Source of the DNA: Vulcanimicrobiota bacterium
GTDB lineage: Bacteria; Vulcanimicrobiota; Vulcanimicrobiia; Vulcanimicrobiales; Vulcanimicrobiaceae
Assembly (NCBI GenBank): GCA_963695225.1
Contig: OY968762.1
Location: 544,001-608,000 of the forward strand
DNA length: 64,000 nucleotides
Direction of reading: 5' to 3'
The notes under the pieces are model-generated. The model had not been told where the DNA came from. It was given only the letters and a program-made list of their open reading frames with translations, and made no database searches. Of the stretch, positions 30,017 to 40,007 are shown piece after piece (the stretch's first letter is position 1; each line of letters starts with the position of its first letter). Position numbers and translations under genes: made by a program.

Positions 30017-31294
30017 GTGCAAGGGACAGTTGAAAGAGCTCCGTCGGTTCTGTACGGGCAACGTTCGCGGGTGATTCCAGGGGCGGCCCCCGGCTCCGTG
30101 CAGTTCGGTTCGGAGCCGGTGACGTTATCGGCCGAGGATTTTTGCCGTCACACGTTGATTCTCGGGTCGTCGGGCTCCGGCAAGACGACCCGGGCGTTCA
30201 ACCCGATCTTGTTGGATGCGCTCAAGACCTTCGATGCGGGCGGGCTCGTTCTCGCCGCCAAGCCGGAGGGCGTCCGGGAAGCCGTCGAGATCTGCCGCCG
30301 CGCGAACCGCGAGTTCGTCCTCGTGCAGCCCGGGACGGACGCCGGAATCGACCTGTTCACGGGCAGCCCCGACGTCGACTCGATGTACCTGCGGGACCTG
30401 TTCGGGCGCGCCGGGCCGGAGATGAAGCCGTGGATCGACGCGGCGGTCGCGCGCATGAAGAACGCGTTCATCATGCTCAATACGGCGGGTCCGCAGTACT
30501 ACACGTTCGACAACCTCGCGCGCTACCTATTCGACGATTCCTACGCGAACGATCTGCGCATCTACTCGCTCACGAAGCTGCGCCAGGTCCGCGAGGATTC
30601 GTCGGAGGCCTGGACGATCCGCGAATCCGTCGACTACGAGGATAAGCGCTACCGAAACTTTCCGGAGCAGACGAAAGCCTCGATCACCTTCGCGTGCGCG
30701 CAACTCCTCGATCCGCTACGCGAGTTCTATATCGTCAAGACGTTCGCGAAGCCGAAGCATTTCATCTCGATCAACGAAGTCTTCAACGGCCTGGTGATCA
30801 TCTTACACGTGCCGCGCATCCGCTACGAGCGGGCCGCGCAAGCGATCTACACGCTCGCGAAGCGCCGCTTCTTCAGCGCGGTCGAAAACCGCCGCGGCGA
30901 CCCGATGCTCGATCAGGACCGCCTCGTGATCTTCGGCGCCGACGAGTACCAGTTGTGCATCTCGGAGACCGACGTGGCGTCGCTCGGGATCGTGCGTTCG
31001 AGCAGATGCTCCGTCCTGGCGGCGACCCAGGGCATTTCCTCGCTCCTCTCCGTACTCGAAAAGGATCTCGTCGCGACCGCGGTCCAGAACTTCTCTCAGA
31101 AGATTCTCTTCAAGACCGACGACATCCCGACGCTCCACGCCTTCAATGAGGTCTTGAGTTTCCGCGACGGCTCGCGCTCGATTTCTGCCAAATCGGTCTT
31201 CGAAATGAACCGGAACCAAGCGCTTTGCCACATCACAGCCGGGGACAGGACGATCGACGAAGTCCTTACGATGGAGCCGCTCTTCATCGACTGA
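30017..31294 (+). CDS. TraD/VirD4/TrwB-like (FtsK-HerA superfamily) P-loop ATPase lacking a TM anchor
   Basis: RHTLILGSSGSGKT, GGLVLAAKPE, FGADEYQ (Walker B), RSSRCSVLAATQGISSL, QNFSQKILF; SD AGGAG before GTG 30017. Confidence 0.8.
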   Translation: MQGTVERAPSVLYGQRSRVIPGAAPGSVQFGSEPVTLSAEDFCRHTLILGSSGSGKTTRAFNPILLDALKTFDAGGLVLAAKPEGVREAVEICRRANREFVLVQPGTDAGIDLFTGSPDVDSMYLRDLFGRAGPEMKPWIDAAVARMKNAFIMLNTAGPQYYTFDNLARYLFDDSYANDLRIYSLTKLRQVREDSSEAWTIRESVDYEDKRYRNFPEQTKASITFACAQLLDPLREFYIVKTFAKPKHFISINEVFNGLVIILHVPRIRYERAAQAIYTLAKRRFFSAVENRRGDPMLDQDRLVIFGADEYQLCISETDVASLGIVRSSRCSVLAATQGISSLLSVLEKDLVATAVQNFSQKILFKTDDIPTLHAFNEVLSFRDGSRSISAKSVFEMNRNQALCHITAGDRTIDEVLTMEPLFID

Positions 31295-31392
31295 CGAACG
31301 GCGACGCCCGCCCGCAGGGGCCGCGCCGGAGGCGCGGAAGGTTGCGGCCGGTTGCCTTCTTCATTCGTTTTCTCTCGACCGGAGGTAGGTGC

Positions 31393-32286
31393 GTGAACTG
31401 TCCGACTTGCCAATCCCAAATCGCCGACGGAGCGCGCTTCTGCGCCTCGTGCGGCGCGCCGGCGCCGCAACAAACGCAGGTCGGCTCGTATACCGAGCCG
31501 GTCCCCGAAACCAGCAATCCGAAGGATCCGATCGTTCTCGGCGACATGTCGATCAAGATCGAGGGCGAGCTCGTCCCGGTCGTCGACGTCGAGCTCGGCC
31601 GGCAGCAGACGATCTATTTCGAACATCACATCTTGCTCTGGAAGCAGCCGAACGTCACGCTCGGCTTCATGAACCTCAAGAACGCTGGGAAGCGCTTCTT
31701 CGCGGGCTTGCAGATCTTCATTTCGACGGCTCAGGGGCCCGGGAACATCTCGTTCTCGCGCGAGGCACCGGGACAAATCGTCGCGTTGCGCCTGCGCCCC
31801 GGCCAGTCGGTCGACGTGCGCGAGCATCAGTTCCTGCTCGCCTCGAGCAACGTCAACTACGATTTCTACTGGCAGCAGGGCCTCGCGAACATCATGTTCT
31901 CGCGGGCGGGCCTGTTCATCGACCGCTTCTCGGCGCAGGGCGGCGAAGGCGTCGTCCTCCTGCACGGGTACGGCAACGTGTTCGAGAAGAATCTGGCCCC
32001 CGGCGAGCAGATCGACGTCGAACCGGGCGCCTGGCTCTGGAAGGACAGCAACGTCCGCATGGACACGATCTCCGTCCTCCAATCGGGCGGCGGCGGCGGC
32101 TTCCTCGGCGCGCTCGGCGCGCTGGTCGGCGGCGCGTCGATCATGATGAACCGGCTGACCGGCCCCGGCCGCGTAGGCTTCCAATCGATGACCTATCACG
32201 AACCGGCCGCGGAAGGCGCGCAGCAAGCCGGCGGTCAGAGCAACGTCGGGAACGTCTTGGGCTCGCTCTTCAACCCGAAGCAGTAG
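31393..32286 (+). CDS. AIM24 family protein with N-terminal zinc ribbon
   Basis: CPTC...FCASCG; IEGELVPVVDVEL, GVVLLHGYGN, GPGRVGFQSM; SD GGAGG. Confidence 0.85.
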   Translation: MNCPTCQSQIADGARFCASCGAPAPQQTQVGSYTEPVPETSNPKDPIVLGDMSIKIEGELVPVVDVELGRQQTIYFEHHILLWKQPNVTLGFMNLKNAGKRFFAGLQIFISTAQGPGNISFSREAPGQIVALRLRPGQSVDVREHQFLLASSNVNYDFYWQQGLANIMFSRAGLFIDRFSAQGGEGVVLLHGYGNVFEKNLAPGEQIDVEPGAWLWKDSNVRMDTISVLQSGGGGGFLGALGALVGGASIMMNRLTGPGRVGFQSMTYHEPAAEGAQQAGGQSNVGNVLGSLFNPKQ

Positions 32287-32292
32287 TTCCGC

Positions 32293-32835
32293 TCATCCCG
32301 CGGCGAGGGCGGCAAGTCTGCGGACGGTGTTCCAGTTGCGGCCGGTGCCGCGAACGCCGAGCGTCTTCTCGAGCAGCACGTGCGTGAGACGTGAGGCGCC
32401 GATTCCGTCCGGGTAGACGATGTATGCATGCTTGCCCTCGCCGCGAACGATCTCGCGACCCTGCACCGCTCCCTGCAAAGCCTCGAGCCGCCCGGCTTGC
32501 GGCGCATCTTTGAGGAGCACCAGCTGGAGGCGGCTCGGATCGGACTCGGATTCGGCGCGGAACGGGTTGGCGGCGATCAGTTGCTCCCATTCCCGCTGCG
32601 TCCGCACGAACGCATCGGTACGAAGGCCGAGCCGCTTCTCCGCCTCTTCTTCAAGCAGACGTTCGAGGCGGGCGCCGCAACGTTCGCCGGCGCGAAAAAC
32701 GAGGTTCCCGCTCTGGATCAGCGAGCGCGGCTCGCGGAAACCTGCGCCGGAGAGCATATCCCGCAGCGCCGCCATCCCGACGTTCGCGTGCCCGCCGACG
32801 TTGACGCTTCGCAAGAGCGCAACGTAGACCGTCAC
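32293..32835 (-). CDS. DUF1697 family protein
   Basis: YVALLRSVNVGG...IQSGNLVF...GTGRNWNTV. Confidence 0.9.
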   Translation of the reverse strand: MTVYVALLRSVNVGGHANVGMAALRDMLSGAGFREPRSLIQSGNLVFRAGERCGARLERLLEEEAEKRLGLRTDAFVRTQREWEQLIAANPFRAESESDPSRLQLVLLKDAPQAGRLEALQGAVQGREIVRGEGKHAYIVYPDGIGASRLTHVLLEKTLGVRGTGRNWNTVRRLAALAAG

Positions 32836-32841
32836 GGGAGG

Positions 32842-33261
32842 CTATGAAGCGTAGCTGAGGTTGACGCTGAAGCCGGCGGCCTCGGCGCGTTCGACGACGG
32901 CGAGGACGTTCTCGATCTCCTCGTCGACGCTGACGATCTCGGGCGCCGAGATCCCGACAGGTGAAGCGTGCTCCCAGAGTACGCGACGCGCGGTCTGGAG
33001 CGCAGAGCGCAGGCGCTGCGGGGTCACTTCCAGGACGGACCAATCGTCGTTCGAGACCGGCGGAACGATCCGCCAGCCGTGCCCGGCGAACTCTTCTTCA
33101 TCGACGAACGCGTTCGGGATCGCCGCCAAGACGTCGAGCGATTCCCGGTCGACGGCGCGCAACGGGAGATCCATATCGGACAGCCGCACGACGTAACGAA
33201 AGAAGGGCATGCTCCCGACGCTGTAGGTTCCGGCCGGCGAACCCACGCTGACATGAATCAT
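32842..33261 (-). CDS. Hypothetical protein
   Basis: Good codon usage, directly upstream of the DUF1697 gene; alternative start ATG 33210. Confidence 0.65.
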   Translation of the reverse strand: MIHVSVGSPAGTYSVGSMPFFRYVVRLSDMDLPLRAVDRESLDVLAAIPNAFVDEEEFAGHGWRIVPPVSNDDWSVLEVTPQRLRSALQTARRVLWEHASPVGISAPEIVSVDEEIENVLAVVERAEAAGFSVNLSYAS

Positions 33262-33350
33262 TACTCCGACGTTCGTGCGGCCGGGCGGCCTCCCTCTTCA
33301 CTCTTCTCTCGCTGAGAGAGCCTAGCCGCGCTTACCCCGGCGCGGCTACC

Positions 33351-34445
33351 TCAGCGGTCGAGCGCGAACGGGATATCGAGTTCAGATGCGAGCCGCTCGA
33401 GACCGGTCCAAACTTTCACGTGGATCGGAACGCCGTTCGCGCGGTTCGCGAGGGTCTTCTCGTATTCGATCTCGCCGGCGACGTAGATGCGGTCCTGGCC
33501 CGGAGCCTTCTCCGAATCCTTGAACTCGCGCAGTTCGCGGTCCATATCCCGTTTGAAGGCGTCGAGCTCGCGGAAGCCGTCGACTTTGATCGCTCCGAAG
33601 AAATGCGAGATCTTTCCCTTTTGCGGCCCGTCCGACGGCAGCGGGAGATCCGTGCCGAACGCGCCGCCGGAGAGCACGCCGCACAGCACGTCGGCGAGCA
33701 AACCGAGGCCGTAGCCCTTGTGCCCGCTATTCTCGATGCCGTAGCCGCCGAGCGGGAGCAGCGCGCCCCTCATCGCCGCAGCCGGATCGAGCGTCTCGTT
33801 TCCGTGCTCGTCGATCGCCCAGCCGGGGTTGAGCGGCTTGGACTTGCGCTGGTAGACCTCGAGCTTCCCGCGCGGCACCGTCGTCGTCGCGAAGTCGAGG
33901 ACGAACGCGGGCTCCTTATTCGTTGGGATCGCGTAGGCGAACGGGTTCGTTCCGAGCATGATCGCCTTGCCGTATGTGGGCGCGCCGTAGCGCACGGAAT
34001 TCGTCGACGAAATGCCGATGAGCCCGTGCTCGAGCGCGAGCATCGCGTAGTAACCCGCGATGCCGTAGTGATTCGAGTTGCACACCGTGCCGAACGCGAC
34101 GCCCGCCGATTTCGCCTTTTCGATCACCGCGTCCATCGCGCGCCGTCCGGCGGGGTGTCCGAGCCCGTTGTCCGCATCCAGCGCGATCGACGTCGCCGTT
34201 TCGCGCAGAACCTTGACCGCGGGTTTCGGGTTCATCATTCCGTTGCGCAATCGGCTCACGTAGTACGAGTCGAGCCTGGCGAGCCCGTGCGATTCGACGC
34301 CGCGCAAATCCGCCGCGACGAGCACGTCCGCGACGATTGCCGCGTCGGCCGGCGCGACGCCGCATTTCGAGAGGACGTCCGTCACGAACGCTTTGAGCTT
34401 CGGTTCCGTCGAGAGGCGGTATTCGCTGGTTACGATATCGGACAC
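33351..34445 (-). CDS. Ldh_2 family (malate/L-lactate/ureidoglycolate dehydrogenase-like) oxidoreductase
   Basis: ADLRGVESHG, NSNHYGIAG, GTNPFAYA, LDFATT, GHKGYGLG. Confidence 0.9.
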   Translation of the reverse strand: MSDIVTSEYRLSTEPKLKAFVTDVLSKCGVAPADAAIVADVLVAADLRGVESHGLARLDSYYVSRLRNGMMNPKPAVKVLRETATSIALDADNGLGHPAGRRAMDAVIEKAKSAGVAFGTVCNSNHYGIAGYYAMLALEHGLIGISSTNSVRYGAPTYGKAIMLGTNPFAYAIPTNKEPAFVLDFATTTVPRGKLEVYQRKSKPLNPGWAIDEHGNETLDPAAAMRGALLPLGGYGIENSGHKGYGLGLLADVLCGVLSGGAFGTDLPLPSDGPQKGKISHFFGAIKVDGFRELDAFKRDMDRELREFKDSEKAPGQDRIYVAGEIEYEKTLANRANGVPIHVKVWTGLERLASELDIPFALDR

Positions 34446-34527
34446 GGTTCCTCCAAGGATCTTTCAGCTACGCTCGTTCGCACTTCCGCCCTGCGTTCGG
34501 ACAACCTTTGCGGAGGAAGCAGCCGTT

Positions 34528-35427
34528 CTACAGCGTCTCGACACGCGCTCCGTGGCTCGCGATCGCAAGCCGGCGCACGTCGCTGTCGATGCCCTCGCGT
34601 GCGAACGCGTCGCGCATCGCGCGACCGATCGATTCGTCGTTCGCGTTGACGAGCGCGAGCACGCTCGGCCCGGCACCCGAGAGCGTGATCGAAAGCAAGC
34701 CGGGCAAATCGAAAGCGAGCATCGCCTCGAAGCCCGGCACGAGCGGCATCCGGTACGGCTGGTGGATGCGGTCCCGCGTCGCCTCGCGCAGGCCCGAAAA
34801 CGTCCCGCTCGCGAGCGATGCCGCGAGGAGCGCCGCGCGCTGCACGTTGAACACCACGTCGGCGCGCGCGTACGTCGCCGGGAGGAGGGCGCGCGCCGCG
34901 GCGGTCGGGAGCACGATCTGCGGCGTGACGACGACGGCTCGCAAGCCCGGCGGCGGCTCGAAGCGAAGATATTGCGGCGGCGAGCCGTCCGGTTGGGCTG
35001 CGACGACGACGCCGCCGAGCAACGCCGGCAGCGCGTTGTCCGGGTGCCCTTCGAGCGTGCAGACCATCTGCGCGAGCACCGCGGGGGTCGGACGGTCCAC
35101 GGCGAGTTCGGCTCCGATCATCACGCCGAGGACGGCTCCGGCTGCGCTCGCGCCGAGCCCTTTGCCGAGCGGTATGTCGTTTTGGAGCTGGAGCGAGACG
35201 TTCGGCCGCGCGCCCGGGCCGAGGACGAGCTCGATCCCGCGCAGGACCTCCGATTCGAAACCAGGGTTCGTCGGTCGCGCCGCGCCGCCGTCGATCGTGA
35301 AGCTGAACGTCTCGGCGGGCCGGACGCTCGCCCGGACGTCGAGGTCGAGCGCAAGGCCGATCGCATCGAACCCGGGGCCGAGATTCGCGCTCGAGGCCGG
35401 GACGCTGACGCTGAATGCGCTACGCAT
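34528..35427 (-). CDS. thrB: Homoserine kinase
   Basis: VPASSANLGPGFD, PLGKGLGASAA, EGHPDN, LSGAGPS. Confidence 0.94.
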   Translation of the reverse strand: MRSAFSVSVPASSANLGPGFDAIGLALDLDVRASVRPAETFSFTIDGGAARPTNPGFESEVLRGIELVLGPGARPNVSLQLQNDIPLGKGLGASAAGAVLGVMIGAELAVDRPTPAVLAQMVCTLEGHPDNALPALLGGVVVAAQPDGSPPQYLRFEPPPGLRAVVVTPQIVLPTAAARALLPATYARADVVFNVQRAALLAASLASGTFSGLREATRDRIHQPYRMPLVPGFEAMLAFDLPGLLSITLSGAGPSVLALVNANDESIGRAMRDAFAREGIDSDVRRLAIASHGARVETL

Positions 35428-36679
35428 GGGCGGCAGCCGAGCGCTCGAGCAGCGCGTGCAGGGCGCCGTCGTCGGGCACGTCGACGATGTGGTTCGCGTA
35501 CTTCGCGCCGGAGGCGTGATAGCGCGCCGCGTACGCGCCGTCCTTGAGGACGTGCCCGGTCAACACGAGGACGACGTCGTCGTCCGCGCCGATCGTCCCG
35601 GCCTCGCGCAGCCGCCGCAGCCCGGCGAGCGAGGCCGCGGAGGCCGGCTCGCACCCGACGCCGTCGCGGCCGATCACGGCCCGCGCATCCGCGATCTCGT
35701 CGTCGCTCACGTCGAGCACGCCGCCGCCGCTCGCGCGGACTTCCGCGAGCGCTTTCTTCCACGAGGCCGGAGCGCCGATCTTGATCGCGGTCGCGGTCGT
35801 TTCGGCGCGGACCGGGACGAGCGGCTCGCCCGTCCGGAAGGCGCGCGCGAACGGCGCGGCGCCCGCCGCTTGCACGACGCCGAGGCGCGGGACGCGATCG
35901 ATCAGGCCGAGCGCGTGGGCTTCGCGCAGCCCCTTCCCGAACGCGCTCGTGTTTCCGAGGTTTCCGCCCGGGAGCACGATCCAATCGGGAGCGCGCCAAT
36001 CGCGCGCCTCGAGGAGCGCGAACGCGGCGCACTTCTGCCCTTCGACGCGGTAGGGGTTGACGCTGTTCACGATCGCGACCCGGGCAGGATCGAGCGAGCG
36101 CACGACTTCGAGGGCGCGATCGAAATCGCCGTCGATCGTCGCTACGGTCGCGCCGTAATCGAGCGTTTGCGCCATCTTCGCTTCGCTCACGCCGACCCGC
36201 GGCACGAGGACGATCGCGGCGAGCCCGGCACGGGCGGAGTAGGCCGCCATCGAGGCGGCCGTGTTCCCCGTGCTCGCGCAGACGGCGAGGCGCGCGCCGC
36301 GTTCCTTCGCGCGCGAGATCGCGACCGTCATCCCCGCGTCCTTGAAGCTGGCGGTCGGATTCATGCCGAGGTGCAGGTAGGCGACCCGGCGGACGCCGCC
36401 GTAATCGGCGCCGTCGCGCGCGCCGAACAGCGGAATCGCATTCTCGCGCAGCGTCACCACGGAACCCGCCGCCACCGGCGGGAGCACTTCCCGAAAGCGC
36501 CACACGCCGCTGAGATCGAGCGGATCGTTCGAGCGGCGCCGCTCGCTCCAGCGCTCGCGCAAGAGCGGCCCCTCGTCCGCGGAGAACGATGGGCGGAAGG
36601 CGGCGAGCCCGCCGCAGGCTTCGCACGTGATGGCATCCTCGGCGAGCGAGGCGCCGCATTCGCTACAGACCAATTCCAC
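35420..36679 (-). CDS. thrC: Threonine synthase
   Basis: NPTASFKD (PLP Lys), CASTGNT, NSVNPYR, PGGNLGN, EPASAA; N-terminal Cys pairs. Confidence 0.93.
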   Translation of the reverse strand: MELVCSECGASLAEDAITCEACGGLAAFRPSFSADEGPLLRERWSERRRSNDPLDLSGVWRFREVLPPVAAGSVVTLRENAIPLFGARDGADYGGVRRVAYLHLGMNPTASFKDAGMTVAISRAKERGARLAVCASTGNTAASMAAYSARAGLAAIVLVPRVGVSEAKMAQTLDYGATVATIDGDFDRALEVVRSLDPARVAIVNSVNPYRVEGQKCAAFALLEARDWRAPDWIVLPGGNLGNTSAFGKGLREAHALGLIDRVPRLGVVQAAGAAPFARAFRTGEPLVPVRAETTATAIKIGAPASWKKALAEVRASGGGVLDVSDDEIADARAVIGRDGVGCEPASAASLAGLRRLREAGTIGADDDVVLVLTGHVLKDGAYAARYHASGAKYANHIVDVPDDGALHALLERSAAAHA

Positions 36680-36692
36680 GTTGAGGTTCTTT

Positions 36693-38372
36693 CTAGCGCG
36701 GGCGCGTGATGGCGCCGTCGGCCGCCGACGTCACGAGCGAGACGTACTTCGCCATCACGCCGCTCGTGTAGCGGGGAGCGGGGGCGGTCCAGACGGCGCG
36801 GCGCGCGGCGAGTTCGGCCTCGTCGAGCGCCACGTCGAGCCGGCGCTTCTCGATGTCGATCGTGATGACGTCGCCGTCCCGAACGAGCGCGATAGGGCCG
36901 CCGGCGGCGGCTTCCGGAGCCGCGTGCCCGATCATGAGGCCGCGCGTACCGCCGGAAAAGCGCCCGTCGGTCACGAGCGCGACCGACTCGCCGAGCCCGG
37001 CGCCCACGATCGCGCCGGTCACGCCGAGCATCTCGCGCATGCCGGGGCCGCCCTTCGGGCCCTCGTAGCGAATCACGACGACGTCGCCGGGCAAGATGCG
37101 CCCCTCCGAGACGGCGCTCATCGCATCTTCTTCCCGCTCGAAGATCCGCGCCGGACCCTGGTGGAACGAACGCTCGTGCCCGGCGATCTTCACGACCGCA
37201 CCCTCGGGTGCGAGCGAGCCGCGCAGGATGACGAGGCCGCCGCTCGGCTTGAACGGCTGCGCCGCATGCGCGATCACGACCTGCCCCGGCGTCTCGACCG
37301 CATTCGCGGTCGCTTGCGCGAGCGACTGGCCCGTGACCGTCTGCGCGCCCGCGTGCACGAGGTTCGCCTCGACCATGCGCTTGGCGATCAACTGGATGCC
37401 GCCGGCACGATCGACGTCGAGCGCGACATATTTTCCGCCGGGTCGCAGATCGGCGATGATCGGCGTGCGCGCGCTGATGCGGTCGAAATCTTCGAGCTCG
37501 AGCGGGACGCCGGCTTCGCGCGCCATGGCGATCAGATGCAAGACGCTGTTCGTCGAGCCGCCCGTCCCGGCGGCCGCGGCGATGCCGTTCTCGAACGCTT
37601 CGCGCGTGAGCAGATCGCGCGGCAGGACGCCCCGCCGCAACAGGTCCATGACGAGCTTGCCGGCCTCGTAGCCGACTCGATCCTTGCGCGGATCGGTCGC
37701 GCCCGGGCTCGCGCTTCCGGCCGGGGAAATGCCGAGGAATTCGAAGACGGTGGCCATCGTGTTCGCGGTGTACTGCCCGCCGCAGGCGCCTGGGCCTGGG
37801 ATCGCGTGCTCCTCGATCGCCTGCAGGCGCGCATCGTCGATCTTCCCGGCATTGCGCGCGCCGATCGCTTCGTAGATGTCGACGATCGTGAGATCTTCGC
37901 CGTCGAGTTTGCCGGGCGCGATCGAGCCGCCGTACACGATCAGCGACGGAACGTTCAGCCGGATCAAACCCATCGCCGCGCCGGGCGCCGTCTTGTCGCA
38001 CGCGACGAGCGCGATCATCGCATCGAACATGTGGCCGCGCCCGACGAGTTCGATCGAGTCGGCGATCACCTCACGGCTGACGAGCGAGGCCTTCATCCCC
38101 TCGGTTCCCATCGTTACGCCGTCGGAGATCGCGATCGTGTTGAACTCCATCGGGGTTCCGCCCGCATCGCGAACGCCGCGCTTGACGTGCTCGGCGAGTT
38201 TGCGCAGATTCAGATTGCACGGCATCGTCTCGATCCACGTGTTCGCGATTCCGACGATCGGCTTGCGAAGGTCCTCGCTGCTGAATCCGACCGCCCGGTA
38301 CATTGCGCGGGCGGCGGCGCGATCGCGCCCCTCGGTGATGACGGCGCTATGCGCCTTGATATCGTAGCTCAC
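36693..38372 (-). CDS. ilvD: Dihydroxy-acid dehydratase
   Basis: [45 protein letters not shown]. Confidence 0.97.
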   Translation of the reverse strand: MSYDIKAHSAVITEGRDRAAARAMYRAVGFSSEDLRKPIVGIANTWIETMPCNLNLRKLAEHVKRGVRDAGGTPMEFNTIAISDGVTMGTEGMKASLVSREVIADSIELVGRGHMFDAMIALVACDKTAPGAAMGLIRLNVPSLIVYGGSIAPGKLDGEDLTIVDIYEAIGARNAGKIDDARLQAIEEHAIPGPGACGGQYTANTMATVFEFLGISPAGSASPGATDPRKDRVGYEAGKLVMDLLRRGVLPRDLLTREAFENGIAAAAGTGGSTNSVLHLIAMAREAGVPLELEDFDRISARTPIIADLRPGGKYVALDVDRAGGIQLIAKRMVEANLVHAGAQTVTGQSLAQATANAVETPGQVVIAHAAQPFKPSGGLVILRGSLAPEGAVVKIAGHERSFHQGPARIFEREEDAMSAVSEGRILPGDVVVIRYEGPKGGPGMREMLGVTGAIVGAGLGESVALVTDGRFSGGTRGLMIGHAAPEAAAGGPIALVRDGDVITIDIEKRRLDVALDEAELAARRAVWTAPAPRYTSGVMAKYVSLVTSAADGAITRPR

Positions 38373-38441
38373 TTGGCACATTGCGAGCGCGGCGCTCGCC
38401 TGTCCTGCCGCGCCGGGCCGCTTCGCGCGGTGTTGGCGCCG

Positions 38442-39164
38442 TCAAAGGCTGAGCCGGTGCGCCTCGACTCGATCGGAGAGGCGCGCGTACCAGCGCACGA
38501 GCATCGCGTAACGCACGCAATCGAAGTAAACGAACGTCAGCAGAACCAGCGGGAGCGTTACGACGAGCGAGGCGGGGAGGCGCACCCACGCGACGACCGC
38601 CGCGAGATACGCGGCGCCGAGCGGGATCATCAAGAGCACGACGGAGCCCGTGCAGACGGCGAACGTCGAGAAGAACCGATCCTTCGTCATCTGGAACGAA
38701 CGGCGGAACGCTTCGAAGTCTCCCCCGAGGACCGCGCCGATCGTCACCTGCGACCAGAGGACGGCGATGACGACGCCCGGGAGCACGAAGGCGAGGAGCC
38801 CGAGTTCGGTCGTTAGCGCGACAGCGGCGATCGAGCTGAGCATGACGGCGAACCGGCCCGGCGTCAGGCGGAACGACGGGTCCAGACGGCGGAGCGCGGA
38901 GGGCATGATGAAAAAAATCGAGACGAGCGCGAGGATCATCAACGAGCGGATGCCGTAGCTGTTGATCAACGCCGCGACCATCGCTTCGGGGGTCGCTTCC
39001 AGCGGGATCATAGCCCGCAGGCCGGTGCCGGTCGCGACGCCGCAGACGACGGCGAATGCGGCGTACACCTTCCAGCGCTCCTGCAGCAGCCGCAAGCCTT
39101 CTCCGAAGAGATCCAGGATCGAGCTGTCTTCCGACCAGCGGGCGGAAAACGTACCAAGCGCCAT
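38442..39164 (-). CDS. Multi-pass membrane protein of unknown function
   Basis: About 6 TM helices; LAFVLPGV...AFRRSFQMTKDRFF pattern; SD GGGAGG. Confidence 0.75.
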   Translation of the reverse strand: MALGTFSARWSEDSSILDLFGEGLRLLQERWKVYAAFAVVCGVATGTGLRAMIPLEATPEAMVAALINSYGIRSLMILALVSIFFIMPSALRRLDPSFRLTPGRFAVMLSSIAAVALTTELGLLAFVLPGVVIAVLWSQVTIGAVLGGDFEAFRRSFQMTKDRFFSTFAVCTGSVVLLMIPLGAAYLAAVVAWVRLPASLVVTLPLVLLTFVYFDCVRYAMLVRWYARLSDRVEAHRLSL

Positions 39165-39293
39165 GGGAGGCCTCCCGATGAGTGACGTCTCCTCCGGTAT
39201 ATCGGCTCGAGAAGGGCCGCACTAAAGGGGGCGTGTATGGCCGCTTGCCTTGCCCGGCGGGGGATCGCCGGGCTGCAGGGAAACTCCCCGTAC

Positions 39294-40007
39294 ATGGAGA
39301 CCGTCACGCCGCGTTCGAAACGGCGGCACACCGAGGTGCTGGAGCACTTGCTCGGGCGCATCGTTTCGGGGGAGCTTCGGCCGGGGACGATCCTGCCCAC
39401 CGAGCCCGAGTTCGCGCATCAGCTCGGCGTTTCGCGAGCCGTCTTGCGCGAAGCGCTCAGCGCGCTCGCCGCGAAGGGCCTAGTCGAGTCGCGCCGGGGA
39501 TCCGGCACGCGGGTCGCCCCCGCCGAAAGCTGGAACCAATTCGACGCCGCAATCCTCGACGCTCGGCGCAGAAGCGGCGCGATGGAGAGCGTCCTCGCGG
39601 ACCTGATCGAAGCCCGGCTCATCGTCGAGTGCGAAGTCGCCGCACTCGCCGCGTTACGTTTGACGGAAGCCCACCGCCGCTCCCTGGATTTCGAGCTCGC
39701 GAAGATGCGCGACAACCTCGAACGCCCGGCGGTCTACGCCGCCGCAGACGCGGAGTTTCATCGCACCCTGCTGCTCGCCGCCGACAACGCGGTGCTGTTG
39801 CGCATGGTCGAACCGATCCGGACGCTGATCGCCTACGCCCAATCGCTGACCGACACGACCAGGCCCGAACAGCGCCGAGCGCTCGGCGAGCACGAGGCTA
39901 TCGCGGACGCGATCGCGCGGCGGGATTCCGATACCGCGCGCCGGATCATGAAGCTCCACCTCATCAACACCGAGGATGACCTTCGTCGCATTCTGAAGGC
40001 ACGTTGA
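39294..40007 (+). CDS. FadR/GntR family transcriptional regulator
   Basis: wHTH LPTEPEFAHQLGVSRAVLREAL...GSGT; FCD domain DAEFH...EHEAI. Confidence 0.92.
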   Translation: METVTPRSKRRHTEVLEHLLGRIVSGELRPGTILPTEPEFAHQLGVSRAVLREALSALAAKGLVESRRGSGTRVAPAESWNQFDAAILDARRRSGAMESVLADLIEARLIVECEVAALAALRLTEAHRRSLDFELAKMRDNLERPAVYAAADAEFHRTLLLAADNAVLLRMVEPIRTLIAYAQSLTDTTRPEQRRALGEHEAIADAIARRDSDTARRIMKLHLINTEDDLRRILKAR

